From contig NC_068985.1 in NCBI RefSeq assembly GCF_001194135.2, positions 65,731,088-65,780,036 of the forward strand: 48,949 nucleotides of DNA, read 5' to 3'. Shown one piece after another: positions 34,924-46,750 of this stretch. The DNA is from Octopus bimaculoides. Its lineage: Eukaryota. The notes under the pieces were generated by a model. It made no database searches. It saw only the letters and a program-made list of their open reading frames with translations, and was not told the DNA's origin. Position 1 is the stretch's first letter; every line of letters begins with the position of its first letter. The position numbers were made by a program, and so were the translations under genes.

Positions 34924-37900
34924 TGTGGCGAGAGTCGTTGGCACCCTGTGGGATTGGAAGAATGGACTAGCCGAACTCTTATAAAGAGTAGCGTATTGGT
35001 TGAGATGCAGAAGTCGTAGAGAGTTCATGGAAGTCGTAAGAAATCGGTGAGATCATTGAGAGTTTGTATTTACTGGAATAACACGTTTAGTGGAGTAATG
35101 TGAAGTACATCGATATGTGAAGTACAAAAATAGTTCAGGTTCGTTTTCGCCAGACGGCGTAGCAAACACAATTGTAGAATTTAGTTATAACCCAGAAGAA
35201 GGTATTACCTTTTCTGTATATTCCCGAAGATATGAAGAAATCTTCGAAGGAATGCAAAAATTGGACAGACAATGAAAAGGTACAACTACTTTTGAAAAAA
35301 ATTATCCCCTACAGAGCACGAAAAATACTGTAACTACATTCTCCTAAAAAAAAAAAAAGCAAAAAAAAAAAAAACGTGAAATTTATCGAAAATATTCAGT
35401 TGTGTCCATCCCCGCTTCGTGAAATCTGTACATCCAACGTATAAAAGGTTGCAAAAATGGCGTCGAGTTTATTCGAAGCTTACGTAGAATGTTAACATTT
35501 TCTGATACAAAATCAAAGAAAAATTAGCTGAAATGGAAGACCTATTAGCCTCCATGGTGCATTTGCAACAGTAACAGCAGCAACAGAAACAACAATTACA
35601 GCAGCAATTATAACAACAACAACAATGTTGAAGTCCAAAAATAGTTCAGGTTCGTTTTCGCCAGACGGCGTAGCAAACACAATTGTAGAATTTAGTTATA
35701 ACCCAGAAGGTATTACCTTTTCTGTATATTCCCGAAGATATGAAGAAATCTTCGAAGGAATGCAAAAATTGGACAGACAATGAAAAGGTACGACTACTTT
35801 TGAAAAAAATTATCCCCTTCAGAGCACGAAAAATACTGTAACTACATTCTCCTAAAAAAAAAAAAAGCAAAAAAAAAACAAAAAAAAACGTGAAATTTAT
35901 CGAAAATATTCAGTGAGAGAACTTCCGTATTCAATACACGCTGGGGGTGTTGGAATTTAGTAAAAGAATTGGATGTAAAAGCTCACATTGCAGAGCAGAA
36001 AAAGAAAGGTCGAACGAAAAAAATTCGGGAAAGGTTGTCTCAACAGAAAGTCTAGGCGAGCCTCACAAAAGCATGTTTGTGTACATAAAAATAATTAATA
36101 TGTAAGTGAAGCTACAGCTAGATACAGACAGTGATATTACAATTATTAACACTAACACATGGAAAAAATAAGAAAGCCTACATTAATGGAAACTTTAAAA
36201 ATTACGAAAGGTGTATCAGTAAAAAAAGGTTACATTTCGGAGTAAAACCTTGAAAGCAAAAGTTTTTGTGTTAAACAATGCAACAAACTTGTTCGGTACT
36301 GTTCTTTAAAAATATAAATGTTTTTTTTTTCCTCCAGTAAAAAACAAGTCGTCAGACGAATTGAAATAAAAAATATTTTTCCTGAAGTTCTGTCCGATAA
36401 ATTAGGTCTATGTACCAAGACAAAGGTGTGTTTTCAAATAAAGTAAAACGCCATACCAGTATATAAACCAAAACGAATGGTTCCCTTCGCAGCGATGAAG
36501 CAAGTCAGGAAGAGCTAGAGAGACTAGAAAAAATTGGAATAATCCAAAAAGTGGAATATTCTAAATGAGCAGCACCAACTGAGTATATTAAGATAAAAAA
36601 TAATAAACTCAGAGTGTGCATTGATTTTTTCCACTAGTTTAAATGAATGTGCCTCTATCCGCTACCTACTCCGGAGGATATTTTTGCGAAAATAAGCGAT
36701 GGAAAGATATTTTCCAAATTGGATCTCTCGGACGCGTACCTACAAATTAGAGTAGACGATGAATGCTCGAAATACTTAACAGTTAACATATATAAAGGAC
36801 TGTATAAGTACAACAGGTAACCACTTGGTTTAAAAGTCGCACCAGCAATTTTTCAACAGATTATGGATGCAATGTTAGCGGACTGTGAATTCGCAATTCC
36901 ATATCTGGATGATATACTGGGATCAGCACGTCGAGCACGTAAAATATGTATTTGAAAAAATTAAGGATGACGGCTTCAGTGAAGAAAAGTATGCATTTTC
37001 TTACTGGAAATAAGATATTTAGAACAAGTCATTGACAGAAATGGACGACGACCTGACCCGTCGAGGGCAGACACAATAAAAAATATGCCTCATCCGAATA
37101 ATATAGCATTACAAGCATTTTTAGGACTGGCAAATTATTACCAAAATTATATTCCAAATATGCATAAGGTTAGGGCTCCACTGAATAATTTGCTGAAAAA
37201 AGATATGAAATGGCATTGGTCAGAAAATTGCCAAAAGGCGTTTGATGACATTTAAAAATATATTAATATCTGATTTGTTATTAGCTTACTTTGATCCTGC
37301 AGCGGAGATTGTTGTAGCTTCAGACACTTCTGAGTACGGTGTAGGAATAGTAATGTTACATAAATATAAAGATGGCTCCATGAAGGTGGTGGTTCATGCC
37401 TCACGTTCTCTGATATCAACAGAGAAAACTTATAGTCAAATCGGAAATGAAGCTCTAGCGATCATTTTTGCCGTGAAAAAATTTCACAGATTTTTGCACG
37501 GTGAAAGTTTTTGGCTACAGACTGATCAACGATCATCATTATCGATGTTTGGGTCAAAAAAAGTAATTCCTACCTATATTGCTAATAGGTTGCAACGCTG
37601 GGTTACGATATTATTAAACTACGATTTCAAGATGGAGTACATACTATCCAAGAAATTAGGCCATGCGGATTGTCTATCAAAACTGATTAAAAAAAAAACA
37701 CGGAACTATTTGAAGATACTGTGATTGCCGCTTTGCGAGCGGAAAACGAAATTAAAAATGTTTTGTGTGACGTCATTCGTGAACTGCCAGTTGCGTTACC
37801 AGACATAAAATTAAAATCGGAGAACGATAAATTCATTATTAGAAAGAAAGAAACACTGAAGGCTAAAGGAAATAAAAATATGCACAACACAAATGCCAAC

Positions 37901-37960
37901 CATTTTTTACTGTGTGACAATGTGTTGACGTATGCACAAAGAATCGTAGTGCCACGGGTC
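34924..37960 (+). mobile_element. Ty3/gypsy LTR retrotransposon, decayed gag-pol
   Basis: PBS-like TGGCGTCGAG (35457), Q-rich gag start, RT (KLDLSDAYLQ, APAIFQQ, YLDD), RNase H (ASDTSEYGVG, EALAIIFAVKKFH, RLQRW, HADCLSK); integrase missing. Confidence 0.85.
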
Positions 37961-37964
37961 CCAC

Positions 37965-38410
37965 TAGTAGAGTGTAAATCAAGACATGACAACGGTGGCC
38001 AATATCTACACTGGTTAATAAGTCGGCATTATAAAATCAAAACTGCTGACAGATGGTGTAAGTACCACCCTGAGGTTGTAACTGAGGGAGAAAATGTAAC
38101 GTTTCTTTGGGACTTTCGATTACACACAGACAGAACCATCAAAACTTATAAACCGGATATTGTTGTGAAAGACCAAAACAATAAAGTCTGTTCATTGATC
38201 GACATGAATATTTCTTGCGATCATAATATCTCGGCAAAAGAATATGACAAGCTCAGAAAATATAAAAATTTGCTAATTGAAATCGAAAGAATATGGCATC
38301 TCAAGACGATTACAATACCAGTGATTGTACTTGTGCTAGGAATTATAAAAAAAGGAATTGAAGTTCATGCAAGAAGTGCAAAAGATTGTTTTAACTGGTA
38401 CGTAACACTG
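37965..38410 (+). mobile_element. R4/Dong-like RLE fragment
   Basis: SRHDN..YLHW, LWDFRLHTDRTIKTYKPDIVVKD, KYKNLLIEI. Confidence 0.85.
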
Positions 38411-38614
38411 TGAATTTTCTTTCCATTTTTCTGTTTTATTTTTTCCTTTTTCCTTTTTTCTTTTTTTCATTCTTTCTTCTTCCTTTTTTTTCTATCAAAT
38501 AAATTGACTTTGTAAATGAGCAATCTGGTGTTTTTATTTTAATGGCCTACCATTTATACAGTAATTTTCTTTGCCCTGGGTGTCGGGAAGACGCTCAGCA
38601 ATACATGGAAATAA

Positions 38615-38645
<31 letters not shown>

Positions 38646-38665
38646 GTAATAATAGTAATAATAAT

Positions 38666-39232
38666 AAATGCCCTGATGCAATACCAGACAGTGGATCTCT
38701 TGGCTTCTGATCTTAACTGATTGGAAGTGTTATCATGTACACTGTTTTGTCTTGGTATAAAAAGATGGGCTACAGTAAATATTCTGCTCAATACCGCAGA
38801 TTTGCTTGTCAGTTGTTTGACCTTAACCAGTTGAGTATGTCCTTTGGTGGCTGACGATATATGCATCTCTAATCACGAGCAGAAGTAGTGGGGGAGCATC
38901 ATAGCCATGTATTGAGAGGGATTCTTTGGGGTTTGAATAATTCACCTTTGGAAACATGGGTGTTTTGCTCAACATCCTTAAACAAACCTTATTCAGGGAC
39001 CTTTTGAGCGGGATGGGCTACTTGACATGAAGAAAATTCTAACTGGGCCCCACCTGCGAGGTCATGCGCCGTTTATCTTGATATGAGATTACCATGTTGT
39101 GATGAGACAACCATAGTTGTGATGCATGTGCCTGGTGTACCCTTATCAGACGGGTAGTCGTGATGGGTATACTGGGCTTCGTATATTTTACCCCAGTGTC
39201 ACTTTGATGGCATGCACTGCTCTCTCACTCAA
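38666..39232. repeat. ~570-bp non-coding interspersed repeat bounded by (TAA)n/(AATA)n
   Basis: Complex-sequence block between two A/T microsatellites; recalled as a common octopus repeat, not verified. Confidence 0.5.
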
Positions 39233-39274
39233 TAATAATAAATAAATAAATAAATAAATAAATTCATGAATGGA

Positions 39275-39327
39275 TGTTGTGTTAACAACAAACAAAATGA
39301 AAACAAATATCCGTCAAATGTAAATAA
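39275..39327 (+). mobile_element. Truncated third copy of the Penelope-type terminal repeat
   Basis: GTTGTGTTAACAACAAA...ACAAATATCCGTCAAATGTAAATAAT matches 11687-11739. Confidence 0.75.
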
Positions 39328-39329
39328 TA

Positions 39330-40043
39330 TATGGAGAGAATGTATCAGGAAAATGTTAACGTGTGGAACTTGGAACGAGACGGTCGCACACATTGTGACA
39401 GAATGCTCCAAGTTGGCACAGGAAGAATATAAGAAATGGAGGCATGATCAGATTGCAAAAGTTTTACACTGGAAATTGTGCCAGAAATGGGGATTTGAAG
39501 CTGGAATCACATGATATAATGACCAAATCGAAAGAGTACTGGAGTTGGAGAAATATAAGATTTTGTGGGACTTTCCTATTCAAACAGACAAGAAGTTAGA
39601 AAATAATAGACTGGATATAACGATTGTAGATAAGGAAAAGCAAAGTTGCTTACTTTATCGACCCATCATACCCGTTTGAATCCAAAATCGTAAAGAAAGG
39701 GGAAGAAAAAAAAATACGATCCCTTAAAGTTTGAAATAGGAAGAATTTGAAGCATGCGAACAGTAAAAGTCGTGCCTATAATAATTGGTATGTTGGGAAC
39801 AGTAAGTCAAGATATAGATAAATAGCTGAAAGAGATTGAAATAGAATGCATGGTAGGGCTCATACAAAAAGTTAGTCGCTTAGGGACAGTAAGGATTATC
39901 AGGAGAGTTCTAAACACTTGAAAGACTGCTGAAAATTTGTGGATACCTAAGGTTACAAGCAGTAACCTGCTATCCACATAATTCCTTGCAGGAATAAGAC
40001 CGAACCTGAGCTTTTAATTCCATAATAATAATAATAATAATAA
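39330..40043 (+). mobile_element. R4/Dong-like 3' fragment with (TAA)n tail
   Basis: CG..NETVAHIVTECSKLAQEEYKKWRHDQ, LWDFPIQTDKKL, VVPIIIGMLG; (TAA)n at 40022-40043. Confidence 0.85.
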
Positions 40044-40470
40044 TCCTTTCTACTATAGACACAAGGCCTGAAATTTTGGGAGGTGGGGTCCAGTCAATTA
40101 GATCGACCCCACTATGCAACTGGTACCTAATTTATCGATCCCGAATGATAAATTTGAATTCAGAACGTAGCGATGGGCGAAATACCGCTAAGCATTTCGT
40201 TCAACGTGCTAACGATTCTGCCAGCTCACTGCCTTATGTAATAGTAATCGTAATAATTATTTCTACTCGAGGCACAAAGTCTTGAAAATTTTGGGGGAAG
40301 GGGCTAGTCAATTACATCGACCCCAGCACTTAACTGGTACTTATTTCCTCGACCCCGAAAGGATGAATGGCAAAGTCGACCTCTGCAGAATTTGAACTTA
40401 GAAGGTAGCGGGAGACAAGATACGCTAAGCATTTCGCCCGGCGTGCTAACGATTCTGCCTACTCACCACC
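40044..40470 (-). mobile_element. Two tandem copies of the short SINE
   Basis: 40044-40233 and ~40260-40470. Confidence 0.85.
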
Positions 40471-40939
40471 TTAGTAGTAGTAGTAGTAGTACTTAACATA
40501 GACACACACAGGGATATACGCATGCGCAAATAAAGACACATACAATAGGAATACAAAATGGCAGATCTTTAGTGAGGAGAGACACACAAAAAAGAAAGAA
40601 AGCAAAAGACCACTGATGAGGTCACAGAAGTATGACGAAAGAACTCTATCCGAAATCTAATTAATATAAAAGCAAGTGAACACCAAATATATAGTGCGTG
40701 TGTTTTTATTGGGTAAAGTGGCAATATGACCATCCCCAAATACAACAATATCTGTTTCAACACACGAATTCACATCAAGAATCTTGCAAATNNNNNNNNN
40801 NNNNNNNNNNNNNNNNNNNNNNNNNNNNNNNNNNNNNNNNNNNNNNNNNNNNNNNNNNNNNNNNNNNNNNNNNNNNNNNNNNNNNNNNNNNNNNNNNNNN
40901 NNNNNNNNNNNNNNNNNNNNNNNNNNNNNNNNNNNNNNN

Positions 40940-40976
<37 letters not shown>

Positions 40977-41059
40977 TAGGAACCTACTTATGGATATACT
41001 ATCTTTTGGAGAGGCCTACCCAAGGGTCAGCGTAGAGAATATGGTGTTGAATTTGCTCT

Positions 41060-43920
41060 CAAGAATACATTAGTATCCTCCATTGCGGAGCTTCCAAGTG
41101 GTATATCTGAGCGGATCATGTCATGTCGTATTAAACTGACAAAAGGTAGGTTTCTTACCGTTGTCAGTGTTTATGCACCAACAATGTTCCATTCTGATGA
41201 AACTGTAGGACAGTTTTATGATGATATAGCACTACCAATTTCTGACAAACTGGTCATATTGGGAGATTTCAATGCAAGAGTTGGAAAGGAGTATGTTTCA
41301 TGACCTATTTTTGGTCGACATGGGATTGGAAAATGCAATAAAAATGGAGTAGCTCTTTTGACATTTTGTACTGAGAATAATCTGGTTGTTACCAATATTC
41401 TGTTTAAGCAGAAATACAAATATAAAACCACCTGGATGCACCCAAGATCTAAGTACTTGCATCCCGTAGATTATATTCTGATCAGAAAATGTGATATGAG
41501 AGACGTTTCTAGCGTTCGGGCCATGAGAGGAGCAGAAAGTTGGACGGACCATCATCTAGTGCGTGGAAAAATAGATTTTTCGATAATGCCTAAAAATCAA
41601 CAGTCTGGTCCTAAGGTACCCAAAAAGTTAAATGTTGTAAACTTTAAATTATCAAGCAACTTGCAAAGATTCCACGATGCTATAGAAAGTATCAATCTTG
41701 ACACAAACAATCTATGGGAAGATTTCAAAACAATAGTATTTCAGGCTGCAAGTTCGTCAGTGGGATTTAAATCACATAAGTCCAGTGACTGGTTCTCAGA
41801 GAGATCAGCAGGAATTCATAATCTACTTTTAGAAAAACAAAACTTAGGCAGTACACTTCTTTCTCAGTCCTTGAACCCCGGTTCAAACGAAGCTTACAGA
41901 AAGCTGAAAAGGAAAGTGCAGACGGCTCTAAGGAAAATTAAACAGGAATGGTGGAATGAGCAAAAGAGGCACAAGAAGCAGCTAATAGAAATGATGCCAA
42001 GGGTTTGTACTCTTATGTTAAGGAGGTATATGGCCCCAAATCTTCTTCAATAGCTCCAATGAGAACAGCAAATGAACGTTTTCTTCTGATTGACACCGCT
42101 TCTATTCATAAGCGTTGGGTAGAACATTTTTCCGCACTTCTGAATAGACTATCATCCGTTGACATGTGACGATAGAAAAATTGAACACCTTCCAGTTATA
42201 GAAAAGATGGCATTTGAACTAACTCTAAGTGACATTTATTTAGCTGTGAATAAGCTGAATAACAATAAGTCTCCAGGGTCTGATGGAATCTGTGCAAAAG
42301 TCTTGAAATATGTTTGAACTCTTAAATATATTAATTTGTCACTGTTGGAGAACTGAGAAAGTACCTCAAGACTTGATTGATGCCATTTTAGTCTCCTTGT
42401 ATAAATCGGGGCGAAAATCGCAATAAGTCTCCAGGGTCTGATGGAATCTGTGCAGAAGTCTTGAAATACGAGGGTGAAAAAATGTTGGAACTCTTAAATA
42501 TATTAATTTGTCACTGTCGGAGAATTGAGAAAGTGCCTGAAGTTGGTTTGATGCCATTTTAGTCTCCTTGTATAAATCGGGTCTGGGTCTCAGTGTGGTT
42601 TTCGTTCCTCCAGGAGCACAGCTGATTGTATCTTTACTGTCAGACAGTTACAAGAGAAGTGCATTGAACAGAATCGTACCCTATACCATTGATTTGTTGA
42701 TCTGAGCAAAGTATTCGATACTGTTAATCTGAATGCTCTGTGGCTAGTTCTAAGGAAAATAGGTTGCCCAGAAAAATTTGTAAACATGATTAGGGCTTTG
42801 CATCAAGATATGAAAGCTAGAGTTAACTTTGGTGGTAGGCTCTCTGAATCTATTGCTGTGGAAAATGGAATAAACCAAGGAGACCTTGATGCACTCACCC
42901 TCTTTGCAATATACTTTGCTGTTGTGTTGTCATATGCTTTTCAGAACTCTGAGGAGAGTATTTACATAGAATATCAAACAACAGAGAATGTTTTTAACCT
43001 GTCCAGACTGAAATTCAAAACGAAGGTTTTCATTCCTTCATTAGGGAACTTTTGTATGCTGACGATTGCGATCTTGTTAATCATTCTGAAACAGGTCTGC
43101 AGTCTCTTGTATCTGCATTTGACTCGGTTTGTGATGATTTTGGCTTGACCATCAACTTGAAAAAAAGAAACAGTTGTAATGCATCAACCTGCGTGTGGTG
43201 CTGTTTGTAACTCCACTAAAATTTTTGTAAAGGGTAAGTTACTTGAGGTTGTCGATTCGTTCGTCTGAAAGCTCTGTTCAAAATGATGGAAATCTTGATA
43301 CAGAAATACAGCTGCGAATTCAAAGGGGGGCAAAAGCATTTGATGGCTTGGAGTCATGTGTTTGCTGCCAGCGACATATAAATAAGAATACAAAGCTGGC
43401 TCTTTACAAATCATTTGTCTTACCATCTCTGTTGTATTCCTGTGAAACTTGGACTTATTATGAAAAGCATTTTAAATTGTTAGAAAAATTCCACCAAAAA
43501 TGTCTTCATCGCATTAAAAAAATTAAATGGAGTTCTTTTACTCCAAACACAGATGTCCTTGATTCTGCAGGCATCACCTCAATTAAAGCTATGATTTTGA
43601 GGAACCAGTTGAGATGGTGTGGCCATATTGTTCGAATGGCAGATGAATGCATGCCGAAACAGCTGTTTTATGATGAGCTTGCAGAGAGGAAAAATATCGG
43701 CGTAAACTTAAAAAAGAAAGTTTAAGGATGGCATAAGGACTACTATCAAGTCACTTGAAATGGTTCCAGAAGAAATAGAAACCCTCGCTTCAGATCGAGT
43801 TGGATGGCGAACAAAAGTGTGGAATGGAATGAAAGCGTTTGAAGAGGCCAAGATGACACAAGTAACACTCAAAAGAGATCTAAAGAAGAATGTAACGATC
43901 GAGGTGAATGACAATGACCT
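41060..43920 (+). mobile_element. RTE-like LINE, near-complete but decayed EN-RT ORF
   Basis: SVYAPT, LGDFNARVG, TTWMHPRSK, DYILIR, KSPGSDGI, KVFDTV, GINQGD, LRNQLRWCGHIVRM, LASDRVGWR; multiple stops and frameshifts. Confidence 0.9.
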
Positions 43921-44340
43921 TNNNNNNNNNNNNNNNNNNNNNNNNNNNNNNNNNNNNNNNNNNNNNNNNNNNNNNNNNNNNNNNNNNNNNNNNNNNNNNN
44001 NNNNNNNNNNNNNNNNNNNNNNNNNNNNNNNNNNNNNNNNNNNNNNNNNNNNNNNNNNNNNNNNNNNNNNNNNNNNNNNNNNNNNNNNNNNNNNNNNNNN
44101 NNNNNNNNNNNNNNNNNNNNNNNNNNNNNNNNNNNNNNNNNNNNNNNNNNNNNNNNNNNNNNNNNNNNNNNNNNNNNNNNNNNNNNNNNNNNNNNNNNNN
44201 NNNNNNNNNNNNNNNNNNNNNNNNNNNNNNNNNNNNNNNNNNNNNNNNNNNNNNNNNNNNNNNNNNNNNNNNNNNNNNNTATATATATATATCTGCATAT
44301 GTATGTGTGTGTGTGTGTGTGTGTACGCGCGTCTGTGCTT

Positions 44341-44757
44341 ATCTTTTTCTTGCTTCAGTCATTGAAATGCGGCATGCTGAGGCACTCATTTCAAGGATTT
44401 AGAACAAATCGATCCCAGTACTTATTTTTAAAGTTTGTTACTTATTCTATTGGTCTCTTTTGCTGAACTAATACCTTATAGGAACGTAAACAAACTAACA
44501 CCGGTTGCCAAACAGTGAGGTGTGTACAAACACAAACTCAAGGACAAAGACACATACATATATACACACAGATGTGTGTTTGTGTGTGTGAAAAACGGAT
44601 TTCCACAGTTGTTTCCGTCTACAAAATTCACTCACAAGGCATTGGTCGGTCGAAACTATTGCAGAAGACTCTTGCCCAATGTAACACACAGTTGGACTGA
44701 GCTTGAATTAGTGTGTTTTCAAAGCGAGCTTCCTAACCACACAACCATGCATGTGCT
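44341..44757 (-). mobile_element. Long SINE, near full length
   Basis: Reverse-complement homology to 16140-16470. Confidence 0.7.
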
Positions 44758-44858
44758 TAGACATTTACAATCACTAGAGACAATAATCTGAAAAATTAAT
44801 CGCATTAACATTCTGTTATCGTTATACTGTATTAATTATACAAGTTGAATCATCTCAC

Positions 44859-45023
44859 CTTTATTACTGACATCGCTTTTGGCAATTTCGTCTTTATTTA
44901 TTTCTGATGTTGTTTTGATTTTATCAGTTGTCTGAATTTGAGTTGTTTTCTTCTCAATTGTTTCCGGACACGTGTCTATCCACGGAAGCGCAGGTTTGCT
45001 GTGGACATCATCAGTTGTCAGCG
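44859..45023 (-). CDS. Host gene Thr-rich stalk exon, most 5' exon found
   Basis: TTTCAATTTCAG|CG CTG ACA...AAA G|GTGAGA; 165 nt, phase 1-1; LTTDDVHSKPALPWIDTCPETIEKKTTQIQTT...SDVSNK(D). Adjacency to the 29.8 kb exon is inferred from phase only. Confidence 0.75.
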
Positions 45024-45189
45024 CTGAAATTGAAATGAAATTTGTACGTATCCGTACACAAATACACTCGCGCGTGCATCGCGTAGACGTATATGTTGAT
45101 GCATGACATACAGCTGTATTCAAATAAATGAAAAGTACATACACAAACACACACATACATACAAAGAGAGTAATAATTATTTTGAATTT

Positions 45190-45380
45190 TTGCTACAAGG
45201 GCAGCTTGGGGATGAGTTGATTACATCGAGCCCAGTGTTCAACTGGTACTTAATTTATCGACCCCGAAAAGATGAAAGGCAAAGTCGACCGTGTCAGAAT
45301 TTGAACTCAGGACGTAGTGACGGACGAAATACTGCTAAGCATTTCGTCCAGCGTGCTAGCGATTCTGACAGCTTGCCACC
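45190..45380 (-). mobile_element. Short SINE copy
   Basis: Same family blocks. Confidence 0.8.
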
Positions 45381-45709
45381 TTAATGAAGGGTATAATAAT
45401 ATTCCCAAATATATATACCTTCTTATCTATCCAAATACCTATCAGCTGACCTACATACATGCTTGTATGTATGTAAGTCGAATCCTAAATAAGGAATACA
45501 AGCCTCGTAAAAAACATTGGATAAATGCAAAGAAATACTTTTGTGCAAGTCCTTATAGTAATGAAACAACGAAATCATGCTAAGTAACACGAATTATTAC
45601 TTTATTCATAGACTGGACATGTGAAGAGACCCGTATCTTGGCCCCCAAAACATGGATATATATGTATGTGTGAATGTGTGTGTATGTGTGCATCCATGTG
45701 TACGCTGGT

Positions 45710-45882
<173 letters not shown>

Positions 45883-46427
45883 GTATAGAAGCAGAAAAGC
45901 ATAAATTGCACGTAGAGTTCATAATATTATTGTGCTCAGTTGCTGTTTCATTAAGATAAACATCGCGAAATGTATAATTACATAACTATGATACGCAATT
46001 AAATTGAATTTAATTAATTTAGATAAATTTAAGTGGTATGTCTATCCAAATCATCAGGAATGTTGCGCTATGTTAGTCAGAAAGCCGTTACCAGTTTAAA
46101 TACATTGAGATAGAGATGAACATCGAGAAGAAGAGGGAGAAGAAAATTAGGTACAAAAAAGAAAGAATAAAACAAAATATATGGATAAGTAAATATACAC
46201 ATATTTATATTAGAATTTATGTTTGAAGCAGCTTAAATAATGTAAACATTATTAATATGACATATTTAATGTACGTGCGTGATTAATCGTTGTGAAGGTG
46301 TACTATATGGATAGCTTATCTTTGCACTATAATCACATCTATTCTTCAAACAGCTGTAATAGACTGTACACCTTTTATACTTTCATGCTACTATATAACT
46401 GTATACATACATGCATATAGATATACT

Positions 46428-46467
<40 letters not shown>

Positions 46468-46487
46468 CATACATACANNNNNNNNNN

Positions 46488-46532
<45 letters not shown>

Positions 46533-46686
46533 ATATAATAAATGCAAAAACTAATTTCTGTGTGTCAGTGTGTCACACTTCACCCCCCCTCTCACTATTC
46601 ATGGACACTCCTACTATTGCTCATGTTGGGGTGAAGGTAATAGTAGGCATAGAGACAGTGTGGGAGGTGGCGAAGACAGAGAGAGG

Positions 46687-46718
<32 letters not shown>

Positions 46719-46750
46719 AAGAAGAAGAGAGGGAGAGAAAGAGAGACAAA
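46428..46750. repeat. (GT)n, (TA)n and (GA)n microsatellites
   Basis: Direct reading; includes a 10-N gap. Confidence 0.85.
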
